From the IMG/VR virus record IMGVR_UViG_3300009183_000053: a DNA stretch of 64,000 nt; one strand, given 5' to 3'. The translations under genes and the position numbers were made by a program. Below are positions 8,766 to 16,937 of this stretch, in pieces (the stretch's first letter is position 1; each line of letters starts with the position of its first letter). A model generated the notes under the pieces. It was not told where the DNA came from. It saw only the letters and a list, made by a program, of their open reading frames with translations, and searched no databases. Source of the DNA: an uncultured virus (IMG/VR IMGVR_UViG_3300009183_000053) (Duplodnaviria; Heunggongvirae; Uroviricota; Caudoviricetes).

Positions 8766-11317
8766 CCGAAAAAGTCCTCTAAAGAGTTAGTTTTTTCCGC
8801 AGACCACTTCATGCATTTTAAAATGACACTGATTGGTTCCAGAAATGCTTTGTCGAATTGTACATCATAATCAATGTAGTTGTCAAGCTCAAACTCTTTA
8901 GGTATTCTACCTGGAAAAGAAATCACATCATTCTTAAAATGATTTGGCATTCTCAAATAGGTAAATTTGAGTTTTTCACCTTCTTGTATGAGTGGGTACT
9001 TCTTAGTCAATCCCAATTGTTTTAGATGGTGGTTATATACGATTGCACCACGAACATGAATGGGTGTGCCTTTTTTGAACAACATTACTGGATCGGAATA
9101 AGTATTTAGCCCATTCAAACCCCGAGGAAAAGATATTTCTTCCGCTGGTAATGTTTTAAACTCTTTCTTAAACTCGGCAATAAAGTCTTGTACTTGTTGT
9201 TCAGTGCCAGTCATCATCAACTTAATGGCAGCCTTCATCTTCTCACGAATAGCAGATGGTGTGGATGATTTAATCATTTCCAAACCCATCACTTTCATGT
9301 GTGGTTCAGCATACTGTACACCTTCATTGTTATATACATTTAGAATATAACGTTTCTTGGCAGTCCATACACCTTTGTCACAAAGACCCTCACGCTTCAT
9401 CTGCATCTTTTGTGCATATGCATGAACATAATCAGCCAACTCTTGGTAAGATTTATCAATATGTGGTTGTAGTTTATCTTCACAAACACGATCCATAAAT
9501 TCAATAATCTTTTGTGCAGGCATTTTAACCACACCATCAACACCATAAACTTTATTTACCAAATCACCGAGGCGCAGGTAAATAGAATCAGTATCAGAAG
9601 CGATTACATAATCGTTATCTGTACCAAGAAGTTTATTCATGTATTGGTTTATTTTCGCTTCAATCCATTTGATGGAAAGCTGGCCTGCCGTAGTGACTCC
9701 CAAAGCCATGCGTAGGTCATAAAACCTAAAATACTGACTTCCCAAAGCACCGTAGGCAGAGTTAAGGGATACTTTCTTTGCGAGCTGGAGGTTGTTGTAT
9801 CTGGCAACTCGTTTGTCGATTTCATATTTTTTTCGTTCATCTTTTTCATTCTCATACTCCTGTTGCGCTTGCAACATCATCTTTTTAAATTTCTTGCGGT
9901 CATCATACATTTCGACCATCATCTTAGGTAAGAAACCTTGAATGTCGGTACGGAAGAATTGACCGTTTGGCGTGATTGTAACATCAACCAGTTCCGAAGT
10001 GTCAATTTGTTTCATTAACATTTTATCAACAGTAACACCTTGTGAAAGAACACCACGCATTTCATCAGTATAGTTTTCTGGTTCAATTAACGTTTCAGGT
10101 GAAATGTTGTACTGCATCATCAAGTGTGGATACAAACTGTTCAAGTCAAACGATGCAACCCAATTGTGTAATCCAATTTGTGGTTCTTTAACATATGCAC
10201 CTTCAAACGCAGAATCTTTCTCTTGTGTTTCTTTTGGTGGAACAATGATGCCTTTGCCTAACAAATATGAATACGTCAGTGAATCCCACATACGTGTCTG
10301 TGCAAATACATCTTCATAGTTACACTTGGTATCATACGCAAGAGTTAAGGCCAACTCAATCAACTTCAACTTGTCTTCTAGTTTAATAATCAATGCAACG
10401 TCTTTAATGTTGTATTCGATAAACTTTTGATAGTTCAGTCTATACAGTTGGTGTAAGTTCTCATATTCATCATATGAAATCTTGCCTTCACCAAGTTCCA
10501 CTTGTGCGATATTATCTAGTCGATAGGATTCTTGTGACTTACCACCTGGCGCATACCATTTGTATAACTCAATATAATCAAGTGATTCGATACCAACAAA
10601 ACTGTATGCTATCAACAAACGACCATTGATATTTGTTTTACGTTCACTGATATAATTCCATGGAGATAACATCTTAGCTTTATCTTCACCAAGAATCTTA
10701 CGAAAACGATTGACAAGATATGGTATATCAAAGAACTTGGTGTTCCAGCCAGTGATAACATCTGGATACATTCTGGACCAAAACTCAATGAATTTACTGC
10801 AAAGAGTGTATTCATCTTTACACTTCAGATAGGTTATATTGTCGGGATCATCATTACGAAAATCACCACAACCAAACACATAAGTGTGACCATTCAGAAA
10901 GGTCGTTGCAATTGCGGTGATAGGTTCGTTTGCAAGGTATGGATCAGGAAAACCATTTTCCGAACCGACCTCAATGTCGATAATTGCAACACTTACTTTA
11001 TCTTGTTCCCAATCAACCATTTCAGAATGTTGTTCTGCAATGAAAGCGTATTGATATCCTGTGTTACCATAGATTTTTGGAGCACCTGGAAGACCATCAT
11101 ATTGTTTCACATATTCTCTGGCTTCACGAATGCCATCAAATCGTTTTGGCACAAGGTCTAGGCCATCAAGTGATTTATGGGTACCTTTACCGTTACGGGC
11201 TGGAAGATACAATTGTGGTTCATAATCAATCTTCAGTTTGATTCTTTTACCATCTTTGACGCCACGATAAAGAATCTGGCCGCCAAGTGCCTGTACGTTT
11301 GTATAAAAAGTTGTCAT
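8762..11317 (-). CDS. gp43: Family B DNA polymerase
   Basis: DIEV exonuclease motif, SFDLNSLYPH, KVSLNSAYG, ASDTDS and KKRY. Uninterrupted. Confidence 0.98.
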   Translation of the reverse strand: MTTFYTNVQALGGQILYRGVKDGKRIKLKIDYEPQLYLPARNGKGTHKSLDGLDLVPKRFDGIREAREYVKQYDGLPGAPKIYGNTGYQYAFIAEQHSEMVDWEQDKVSVAIIDIEVGSENGFPDPYLANEPITAIATTFLNGHTYVFGCGDFRNDDPDNITYLKCKDEYTLCSKFIEFWSRMYPDVITGWNTKFFDIPYLVNRFRKILGEDKAKMLSPWNYISERKTNINGRLLIAYSFVGIESLDYIELYKWYAPGGKSQESYRLDNIAQVELGEGKISYDEYENLHQLYRLNYQKFIEYNIKDVALIIKLEDKLKLIELALTLAYDTKCNYEDVFAQTRMWDSLTYSYLLGKGIIVPPKETQEKDSAFEGAYVKEPQIGLHNWVASFDLNSLYPHLMMQYNISPETLIEPENYTDEMRGVLSQGVTVDKMLMKQIDTSELVDVTITPNGQFFRTDIQGFLPKMMVEMYDDRKKFKKMMLQAQQEYENEKDERKKYEIDKRVARYNNLQLAKKVSLNSAYGALGSQYFRFYDLRMALGVTTAGQLSIKWIEAKINQYMNKLLGTDNDYVIASDTDSIYLRLGDLVNKVYGVDGVVKMPAQKIIEFMDRVCEDKLQPHIDKSYQELADYVHAYAQKMQMKREGLCDKGVWTAKKRYILNVYNNEGVQYAEPHMKVMGLEMIKSSTPSAIREKMKAAIKLMMTGTEQQVQDFIAEFKKEFKTLPAEEISFPRGLNGLNTYSDPVMLFKKGTPIHVRGAIVYNHHLKQLGLTKKYPLIQEGEKLKFTYLRMPNHFKNDVISFPGRIPKEFELDNYIDYDVQFDKAFLEPISVILKCMKWSAEKTNSLEDFFG

Positions 11318-11646
11318 TAACCTGTAATGATTTGTTGTTGACCTGGAAGAATAATGCCTGTGCCGAAAATTTGGTCATAGTTTTTGACAAAATCTTCTGC
11401 TGGAACGTAGTAGTATACAATATGTTCACGTTTTAAGGCAATAGTAGAGTCTGATTTTTGTTCTGCATGGATTGGAAATGGCGCAAAACCTACGTTAGGT
11501 TGACCATCTTTACCACGTACAATGGCAATTCCTAATGGATTCTTAATCACCATTTCATTTTCATTAATGAAAATATTTTCATTCTCCGTTTCAACTTCAC
11601 CAATAAGTTCTTCACCAGTTACTAATTTCATTGCATATATTTTCAT
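11317..11646 (-). CDS. Small hypothetical protein (possible Sm-like fold)
   Basis: KLVTGEELIG start, typical of small phage proteins near gp43. Confidence 0.7.
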   Translation of the reverse strand: MKIYAMKLVTGEELIGEVETENENIFINENEMVIKNPLGIAIVRGKDGQPNVGFAPFPIHAEQKSDSTIALKREHIVYYYVPAEDFVKNYDQIFGTGIILPGQQQIITG

Positions 11647-11690
11647 GTTAATCCTATCCTAAATAATTATATAGTGTGACCTGAACGTAG

Positions 11691-11719
11691 ATTATATCAT
11701 TTTTTTGTTATAATGTCAA
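11691..11719 (-). promoter_or_regulatory. Sigma70-type promoter for the gp43-uvsX-gp41 run
   Basis: TTGACA-N17-TATAAT. Confidence 0.8.
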
Positions 11720-11743
11720 GTAAAAAAAATGGTATAAAAAGAA

Positions 11744-12520
11744 ATGGATCCATTCACACTCTTTGCCCTCGCAAATGGTGCGGTTTCGGCAGTCAAAGCC
11801 GGATGTAAACTATACAAAGATATTAAAGGTGCAGCTGGGGAAGTCAAGGACGTCCTCAAGGATCTTGACGACCAGTTCAAAAAGCTCCATCCACCAGAAA
11901 AACCTGCAAGTGTAGCACAAAGAAATGCCTTCATTACGGAAAAAAATCGTGTAATTGAACTAAACAAAAAGGGTGGAGAAACTACCAACATCTACCAAGA
12001 GATTGGTGAACACCTAGGCACATACTATGATAACTTTTATAAATGTATGGCTGTTTTTGAAGAAGAAGAAAAAATTGCTAAGACACAAGTTTATACCGGA
12101 GATGCATCATTAGGTAAACGTGCCTTACAACGTGTACTCATGCGTAAACAACTTGAACAAATGTCAGTTGATTTACGTGAGTTGATGATTTATCAAAGTC
12201 CTCCAGAGCTCGGTGCTTTATATACCGAAGTCGAAGAAATGATGAAAGAGATGGGTAAAGAACAAAAGGTTCTTCTTATCAAACAAATGCAACAACAAGC
12301 GATATTAGATAAACGCCGTTTAGCACGAATGAGAAAACTCAGAGATGAATTTGCTACAGGCGTTGCTATTGTGATTATAATTTTTGTTATGGCTGGTGTG
12401 TTTATGTGGGTAGCATATGATAGACAACAGAAATATCCACAATATGGTGATGGGTTATTTCCTAAATCAGAAGAAAAAAGAAGGGAAGAATCAATGCCTA
12501 AAGTTTACGTAGGAAGATGA
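11744..12520 (+). CDS. Hypothetical protein with C-terminal transmembrane helix
   Basis: 258 aa. CTAAATA late-type promoter at about 11659. Confidence 0.75.
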   Translation: MDPFTLFALANGAVSAVKAGCKLYKDIKGAAGEVKDVLKDLDDQFKKLHPPEKPASVAQRNAFITEKNRVIELNKKGGETTNIYQEIGEHLGTYYDNFYKCMAVFEEEEKIAKTQVYTGDASLGKRALQRVLMRKQLEQMSVDLRELMIYQSPPELGALYTEVEEMMKEMGKEQKVLLIKQMQQQAILDKRRLARMRKLRDEFATGVAIVIIIFVMAGVFMWVAYDRQQKYPQYGDGLFPKSEEKRREESMPKVYVGR

Positions 12521-12804
12521 ATAAAAAACTCTTATTTACGTTGTTGACCACAAGTGTAACACTGATGGTCACTCATCCAACCATCAATATAAACTTGATG
12601 CCGGATGCTGTCATATACACCAAAGCGACTAACAATAATGATTATTGTAAATTGACAAGAAGTTTTACTGAAAAAAGTGGACCGAAAGATTTACAAGTCT
12701 GTGAATATAAATGTTCAAATGTAAAACGAAATGGTTCTACATTGATACATACAACTTCAGTAAACAATTCACGTTCTTGCAAAGATAAAATTGAATCGCC
12801 GTGA
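12517..12804 (+). CDS. Small exported Cys-containing protein
   Basis: ATGA overlap with the previous gene, signal-peptide-like N-terminus and 4 Cys. Confidence 0.65.
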   Translation: MNKKLLFTLLTTSVTLMVTHPTININLMPDAVIYTKATNNNDYCKLTRSFTEKSGPKDLQVCEYKCSNVKRNGSTLIHTTSVNNSRSCKDKIESP

Positions 12805-12818
12805 TGTATAAAGATTAA

Positions 12819-12891
12819 TGGTTGCGGGTCACGGAGTCGAACCGGAACTGAGGATTATGAGCCCACTGTGATACCATTTCACCAACCCGCT
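12819..12891 (-). tRNA. tRNA-Met(CAT), probably initiator
   Basis: Unpaired position 1/72, CTCATAA loop, GTTCGA and CCA end. Confidence 0.85.
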
Positions 12892-12894
12892 ATA

Positions 12895-13122
12895 TTAGTT
12901 GTCGTATAAACCTAATCTTTGATTTTCTGCCACCATGGCATCTAAAGCCTTTTGGCGCATACGATTTTCTTCTAAAATTCTATCAAATTCTTCTTGTTCG
13001 TATTTGTCTTCTTGTATTTCTTTTGGTGATTTTTTTCTAAAAATATTGTCGTAGTTATTACCAAATGTTTTCTGTGAAACACTAAACGGCCTTGGACTAG
13101 AACCTTTACCACCATCAGACAT
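12895..13122 (-). CDS. Hypothetical protein
   Basis: 75-aa ORF directly after GroES. Confidence 0.65.
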   Translation of the reverse strand: MSDGGKGSSPRPFSVSQKTFGNNYDNIFRKKSPKEIQEDKYEQEEFDRILEENRMRQKALDAMVAENQRLGLYDN

Positions 13123-13124
13123 GT

Positions 13125-13370
13125 TTACTCTCCGTAGATGTAAGCTATGTCTTCAATCTTCACCACGAAATAATCTTGCACTGCTGCGGCCTTACCCCAG
13201 TCTGGTTGAACCACATCACCGACCTGGACTTCTGTAACATCCGGACCAACTGCAAGTACTCTTGCTTTATCTGGATCTTCGGAATGTTTTAGGATGATGC
13301 CTGAAGCGGTCTCTTTGACATTCTCAATACGTTCAATCAATACTTTATCATGCAAGGGTTTAATATTCAT
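13125..13370 (-). CDS. groES: GroES-like co-chaperonin
   Basis: MNIKPLHDKVLI...TASGIIL...LAVGP. Start moved to ATG 13370, which follows a GAGGA RBS. Confidence 0.9.
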   Translation of the reverse strand: MNIKPLHDKVLIERIENVKETASGIILKHSEDPDKARVLAVGPDVTEVQVGDVVQPDWGKAAAVQDYFVVKIEDIAYIYGE

Positions 13371-13383
13371 AGTGTCCTCAAAA

Positions 13384-13450
13384 TGGAGCGGTCTACTGCT
13401 TTGCTCAGTTAACACAAGGGGGTACCTTGTATCGTACTATTACAAACCGC
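13384..13450 (-). ncRNA. Atypical 67-nt tRNA-Gly-like RNA lacking a D-stem
   Basis: 7-bp acceptor GCGGTTT/AGACCGC, U73-CCA end and anticodon-like hairpin ACAAG-GTACCCC-CTTGT. Confidence 0.7.
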
Positions 13451-13456
13451 ATTAAA

Positions 13457-13530
13457 TGGAGCGGGATGAGAGAATCGAACTCTCAACCGGAGATTGGAAA
13501 TCTACTGTTTTACCACTAAACTAATCCCGC
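13457..13530 (-). tRNA. tRNA-Gly(TCC)
   Basis: Cloverleaf with TTTCCAA loop and TCCA end. Confidence 0.92.
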
Positions 13531-13552
13531 ATAAAATCTGTTGTAGTTAACT

Positions 13553-13627
13553 TGGAGCGGGTAGTGAGAATCGAACTCACAACTAAACCTTGGCAAGGTC
13601 TTGTGTTACCACTAGCACCATACCCGC
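13553..13627 (-). tRNA. tRNA-Gly(GCC)
   Basis: Cloverleaf with TTGCCAA loop and TCCA end. Confidence 0.92.
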
Positions 13628-13638
13628 ATCATGTGTGT

Positions 13639-13667
13639 ATTATATAGGCTTCTTATTAAGAAGTCAA
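13639..13667 (-). promoter_or_regulatory. Internal sigma70 promoter for the Gly tRNAs and groES
   Basis: TTGACT-N17-TATAAT. Confidence 0.75.
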
Positions 13668-13677
13668 GCATTATTTT

Positions 13678-13760
13678 TGGTACGAGTAACCGGAGTCGAA
13701 CCGGTACGCCGAGGCGGCAGATTTTAAGTCTGATGGGTCTACCAATTCCCCCATACTCGC
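13678..13760 (-). tRNA. tRNA-Leu(TAA)
   Basis: CTTAAAA loop, variable arm and ACCA end. Confidence 0.92.
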
Positions 13761-13761
13761 A

Positions 13762-14340
13762 TCACATAGCACGGTCGTTTCCACTTTTGAAACCGACCTC
13801 ACCACCTTCTTCTTTAATTCGTTTGATAACATCTTCAAAAAGAATCGGTCTAAAATCTGTTTGTTCAACACAAACACAATGGTATCTGTTATCAATACCC
13901 ATTGGTTTACCATTGAACCCACGAATCTGAACACGATTGGAATGTAAATGGCCATGGATGTTTACACCGAAACGACCAAGACTTTCCGTATGAATTGGAA
14001 TATGTGACAGGATCATTCCATTCATTACATGATAAGCACGTAGTTCACGAAAGTGTTGTCTGTATTCCTCATCACGGAAGATATCATGGTTACCACGAAT
14101 AAGAACCTTATCACCGTTAAGTCTATATAGAGTATTCATTGCTTTACGATTAATAACAACATCACCAAGATGGTAAACTTTATCGTTTGGTCTGACTGTT
14201 TCGTTCCAACGCTTAATCATTTCTTCATCCATTTCATCGGGATTATCCCATGGCCGAAGTTTTGTTCCGTCATCACGAAGAAATCTACACACACCAGCGT
14301 GACCAAAGTGTGTGTCACTTACTAAAAATACTGCTGGCAT
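13762..14340 (-). CDS. Calcineurin-like metallophosphoesterase
   Basis: SDTHFGH, HLGD, GNHD and HGHLH. Confidence 0.9.
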   Translation of the reverse strand: MPAVFLVSDTHFGHAGVCRFLRDDGTKLRPWDNPDEMDEEMIKRWNETVRPNDKVYHLGDVVINRKAMNTLYRLNGDKVLIRGNHDIFRDEEYRQHFRELRAYHVMNGMILSHIPIHTESLGRFGVNIHGHLHSNRVQIRGFNGKPMGIDNRYHCVCVEQTDFRPILFEDVIKRIKEEGGEVGFKSGNDRAM

Positions 14341-14357
14341 AATAAACTCCTAAAAAA

Positions 14358-14432
14358 TGGTCCGGCGTGAGAGAATCGAACTCCCATTAGAAGGGTAGAA
14401 GCCTACTGTATTATCCATTATACTAACGCCAG
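14358..14432 (-). tRNA. tRNA-Arg(TCT)
   Basis: Cloverleaf with TCT anticodon and CCA end. Confidence 0.88.
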
Positions 14433-14437
14433 AAATT

Positions 14438-14514
14438 TGGTGCCCCAGGAGAGACTCGAACTCTCAAAATTTGGCTTCTAAGACCAACACGTATACCAAT
14501 TCCGTCACCGGGGC
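14438..14514 (-). tRNA. tRNA-Leu(TAG), short variable loop
   Basis: Leu-type D arm, CTTAGAA loop and A73. Confidence 0.88.
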
Positions 14515-14527
14515 AATAAATACTCAT

Positions 14528-14752
14528 ATGATACCAACTTCAAAAAGACCTACAGTAGAAATGTTTTACGGATTGTATGCACAACAAACATATGAACCTA
14601 ATGGTTACTACTGTGTTGATTCTGAATTTGTTCCATCATATGATACTAAGATAAAAACTTTTGAAGATGATGAATTATATATCACACAAGAAAAAGAATT
14701 TATCTTAACAACATTAAAACAAGTTGGTGCTCCTACTAAGAATCGAACTTAG
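14528..14752 (+). CDS. Possible small antisense ORF within the tRNA array
   Basis: 74 codons filling a 210-nt gap, with AATAAATA ending 5 nt before the ATG. Confidence 0.45.
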   Translation: MIPTSKRPTVEMFYGLYAQQTYEPNGYYCVDSEFVPSYDTKIKTFEDDELYITQEKEFILTTLKQVGAPTKNRT

Positions 14753-14798
14753 GATACATCCTTACCATGGATGTGGTATGCCATTTACCTATAAGAGC
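14725..14798 (-). tRNA. tRNA-Thr(GGT)
   Basis: CATCC-ATGGTAA-GGATG anticodon arm. Confidence 0.9.
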
Positions 14799-14799
14799 A

Positions 14800-14876
14800 T
14801 GGTACCCAAGGTGGGATTCGAGCCCACATAACCTTGATTTTGAATCAAGTACGTATACCTATTCCGTCACTTGGGC
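14800..14876 (-). tRNA. tRNA-Leu(CAA), short variable loop
   Basis: CTTGA-TTCAAAA-TCAAG arm and T-loop CTCGAAT. Confidence 0.86.
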
Positions 14877-14881
14877 ATATT

Positions 14882-14957
14882 TGGTGCTGCCTAGAGGAAT
14901 CGAACCTCTTTCAATGGTTCTTCAGACCACCGCTATGACCACATCAGCTAAAGCAGC
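14882..14957 (-). tRNA. tRNA-Phe(GAA)
   Basis: CTGAAGA loop and ACCA end. Confidence 0.9.
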
Positions 14958-14961
14958 ATGT

Positions 14962-15036
14962 TGGTACCCCGTGACAGTTTCGAACTGCCGACCTTCGCCG
15001 TGTAAAAGCACTGCTCTACCACTGAGCTAACGGGGC
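14962..15036 (-). tRNA. tRNA-Val(TAC)
   Basis: TTTACAC loop and canonical D/T arms. Confidence 0.9.
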
Positions 15037-15041
15037 ATATT

Positions 15042-15116
15042 TGGGGAGAAATACCAGGATCGAACTGGTGATAACGGAATCACAACCCGTGGTTTTACCA
15101 CTAAACTAATTTCTCC
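15042..15116 (-). tRNA. tRNA-His(GTG)
   Basis: Encoded G-1:C73 pair and TTGTGAT loop. Confidence 0.9.
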
Positions 15117-15119
15117 ATA

Positions 15120-15605
15120 TTATTGAAGTGCTTCTTGGTCTGCCAAGATTCTTTTCAATCTATCAGCACAAAAACTTGCAGCAGGTGCATCTGGTTTAAC
15201 CATTGGTGTCATATTACATGTACCTTTGATATAACCAATCGCTTGCTGAACAACACATGAACTACCATGAATATCATCTTTATTTAAATCAAGATGAACT
15301 TCAACATGATAATCTTCCAACACTTCTGCTAATGATTGGAACAATTCTGAAACTTTATAAACTTCAGTCATCAACCTCATAGCAGGTTTACTTTTCTTAT
15401 GGTCGTAATCCAATTCACGGTGAACATATCCGAAAATCTTACAACCATGTCGGCCATCAATATGAACTACAACTGCTAGAGCATAGTCAGCATACCAAAC
15501 ACCATTTACCCTGATTCTTTCAGAGTCGGCACCAAGATAAACCTTGGTATCAGGACCTTGATTTGCAAGGTATTGTCTGACTTCTTCTATATTGAAATTT
15601 TTCAT
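15120..15605 (-). CDS. RNase H-like YkuK (DUF458) family protein
   Basis: VYLGADS, RLMTEV, EVHLDLN, KPDAPAAS and AD motifs. Start moved to 15605. Confidence 0.8.
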   Translation of the reverse strand: MKNFNIEEVRQYLANQGPDTKVYLGADSERIRVNGVWYADYALAVVVHIDGRHGCKIFGYVHRELDYDHKKSKPAMRLMTEVYKVSELFQSLAEVLEDYHVEVHLDLNKDDIHGSSCVVQQAIGYIKGTCNMTPMVKPDAPAASFCADRLKRILADQEALQ

Positions 15606-15626
15606 ATTAATCACCTTTTTTAAAAT

Positions 15627-15700
15627 TGGCATCCCGCTAGGGACTCGAACCCCAACCAACGGTTTTGGAGACCGCTATGCTGCCATTACACCAGCGAGAA
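15627..15700 (-). tRNA. tRNA-Trp(CCA)
   Basis: CTCCAAA loop and G73. Confidence 0.88.
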
Positions 15701-15703
15701 ATT

Positions 15704-15778
15704 TGGTACCGAGAAAGAGAATTGAACTCTTGGCCAACGCCTTATCAAGACGCTGCTCTACCACTGAGCTACCTCGGC
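15704..15778 (-). tRNA. tRNA-Ile(GAT)
   Basis: TTGATAA loop and A73. Confidence 0.85.
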
Positions 15779-15782
15779 ATTT

Positions 15783-15857
15783 TGGAGGGCGATGAGAGAA
15801 TCAAACTCCCACTTCAAGGTTCGTAGCCTTGTGTAATATTCATTTTACTAATCGCCC
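15783..15857 (-). tRNA. tRNA-Arg(ACG)
   Basis: CAAGG-CTACGAA-CCTTG arm. Confidence 0.87.
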
Positions 15858-15863
15858 ATAATT

Positions 15864-15938
15864 TGGTGGTTCAGGTGAGAATCGAACTCACACAACGCAC
15901 CGTATGAAGATGCTGCACTGCCACTATGCTACTGAACC
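15864..15938 (-). tRNA. tRNA(CAT), probably elongator Met
   Basis: GCATC-TTCATAC-GGTGC arm. Confidence 0.8.
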
Positions 15939-15942
15939 TAAT

Positions 15943-16017
15943 TGGTGGAGGCCGAGGAAATCGAATCCTTCTAGTCACGATCCTTGCAAGGGAACGCCGC
16001 AGCCCACTGCTGCCCCC
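15943..16017 (-). tRNA. Atypical tRNA-Ala(TGC)
   Basis: G3:U70 pair, A73, CTTGCAA loop and a 4-nt D-loop. Confidence 0.8.
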
Positions 16018-16025
16018 AAAAAAAC

Positions 16026-16101
16026 TGGTCTCCCTGCAAGGATTCGAACCTTGACCACACGGCCCCAAACCGTGTACGCAACCTGATAACGCTTCAGAGA
16101 G
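16026..16101 (-). tRNA. tRNA-Pro(TGG)
   Basis: C1:G72 pair and CACGG-TTTGGGG-CCGTG arm. Confidence 0.88.
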
Positions 16102-16107
16102 AAAAAC

Positions 16108-16181
16108 TGGTGCCCCATGACAGAATCGAACTGCCGTAACCTGATTACAAAACAGGTGTAATGCCATTATACTAATAGGGC
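16108..16181 (-). tRNA. tRNA-Thr(TGT)
   Basis: TTTGTAA loop. Confidence 0.9.
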
Positions 16182-16186
16182 GAAAT

Positions 16187-16395
16187 TAAGTGCTCTGCAT
16201 CCTGCGGCGGTAATTATATCATAGTTGTAAACATGTCCTTTTTCAAGGGGAATACACCCATAACCTCCACCCGCTTCCCGACCAGGATCGTTAACGCATT
16301 GCCAGCGGCCTTTCGGTAAAAAGACTACCACCCTTGAGAGTCACCTCACTTCTTATCCTGCGGGTCACAGTATCCGCTAACCAAGCGGAACGTAT
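16187..16395 (-). ncRNA. Candidate structured ncRNA 1 in the tRNA array
   Basis: GC-rich spacer with several helices and no ORF in the track. Confidence 0.6.
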
Positions 16396-16470
16396 TGGCT
16401 CCAGAGGCAGGGATCGAACCTACGACCAATTGATTAACAGTCAACTGCACTACCGCTGTGCTACTCTGGA
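16396..16470 (-). tRNA. tRNA-Asn(GTT)
   Basis: CTGTTAA loop and G73. Confidence 0.92.
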
Positions 16471-16477
16471 ATATTCT

Positions 16478-16834
16478 TTATACTAACTCGTATTCTAAAT
16501 CTACTGATTCGGAATAGTAACCGTTTGATTCTCCCAACCAACGAACATCAACATAACCTTTGCGTGTAGCAAATTTGTAAAATGTCCATGAGCGAGATTC
16601 AATGTATTCATCTTCTTTAGGTTCTGGTATTTCACCTGATACTTCTTCAGCAATCAAAAGTGTTTCGCCTTCTAAATCCGATAACTCACCTACAATGCTT
16701 TCAATGTAAACTGTTTCGCAACAATCTTGATAATGGAAGAATCTGAATTTTTCAGTTTCATTCGCAAATACCATCTCATAACCATCTTGTGTTACCGATG
16801 TGAATACTTTTCCAACCATATCGTTTATATTCAT
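16478..16834 (-). CDS. Hypothetical phage protein
   Basis: HYQDCCE and WLGESNGYYS motifs. Start at ATG 16834. Confidence 0.75.
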   Translation of the reverse strand: MNINDMVGKVFTSVTQDGYEMVFANETEKFRFFHYQDCCETVYIESIVGELSDLEGETLLIAEEVSGEIPEPKEDEYIESRSWTFYKFATRKGYVDVRWLGESNGYYSESVDLEYELV

Positions 16835-16859
16835 TTTCTTTTCCTTCACAACAATTATT

Positions 16860-16934
16860 TGGCGGTCTTAAGGGGTAACGATCCCCTTCTTTCAGCGTGA
16901 CAGGCTGATGTGCGTCCATGAACACTTTAAGACC
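16860..16934 (-). tRNA. tRNA-Asp(GTC)
   Basis: CTGTCAC loop and atypical T-loop ATCGTTA. Confidence 0.85.
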
Positions 16935-16937
16935 AAA

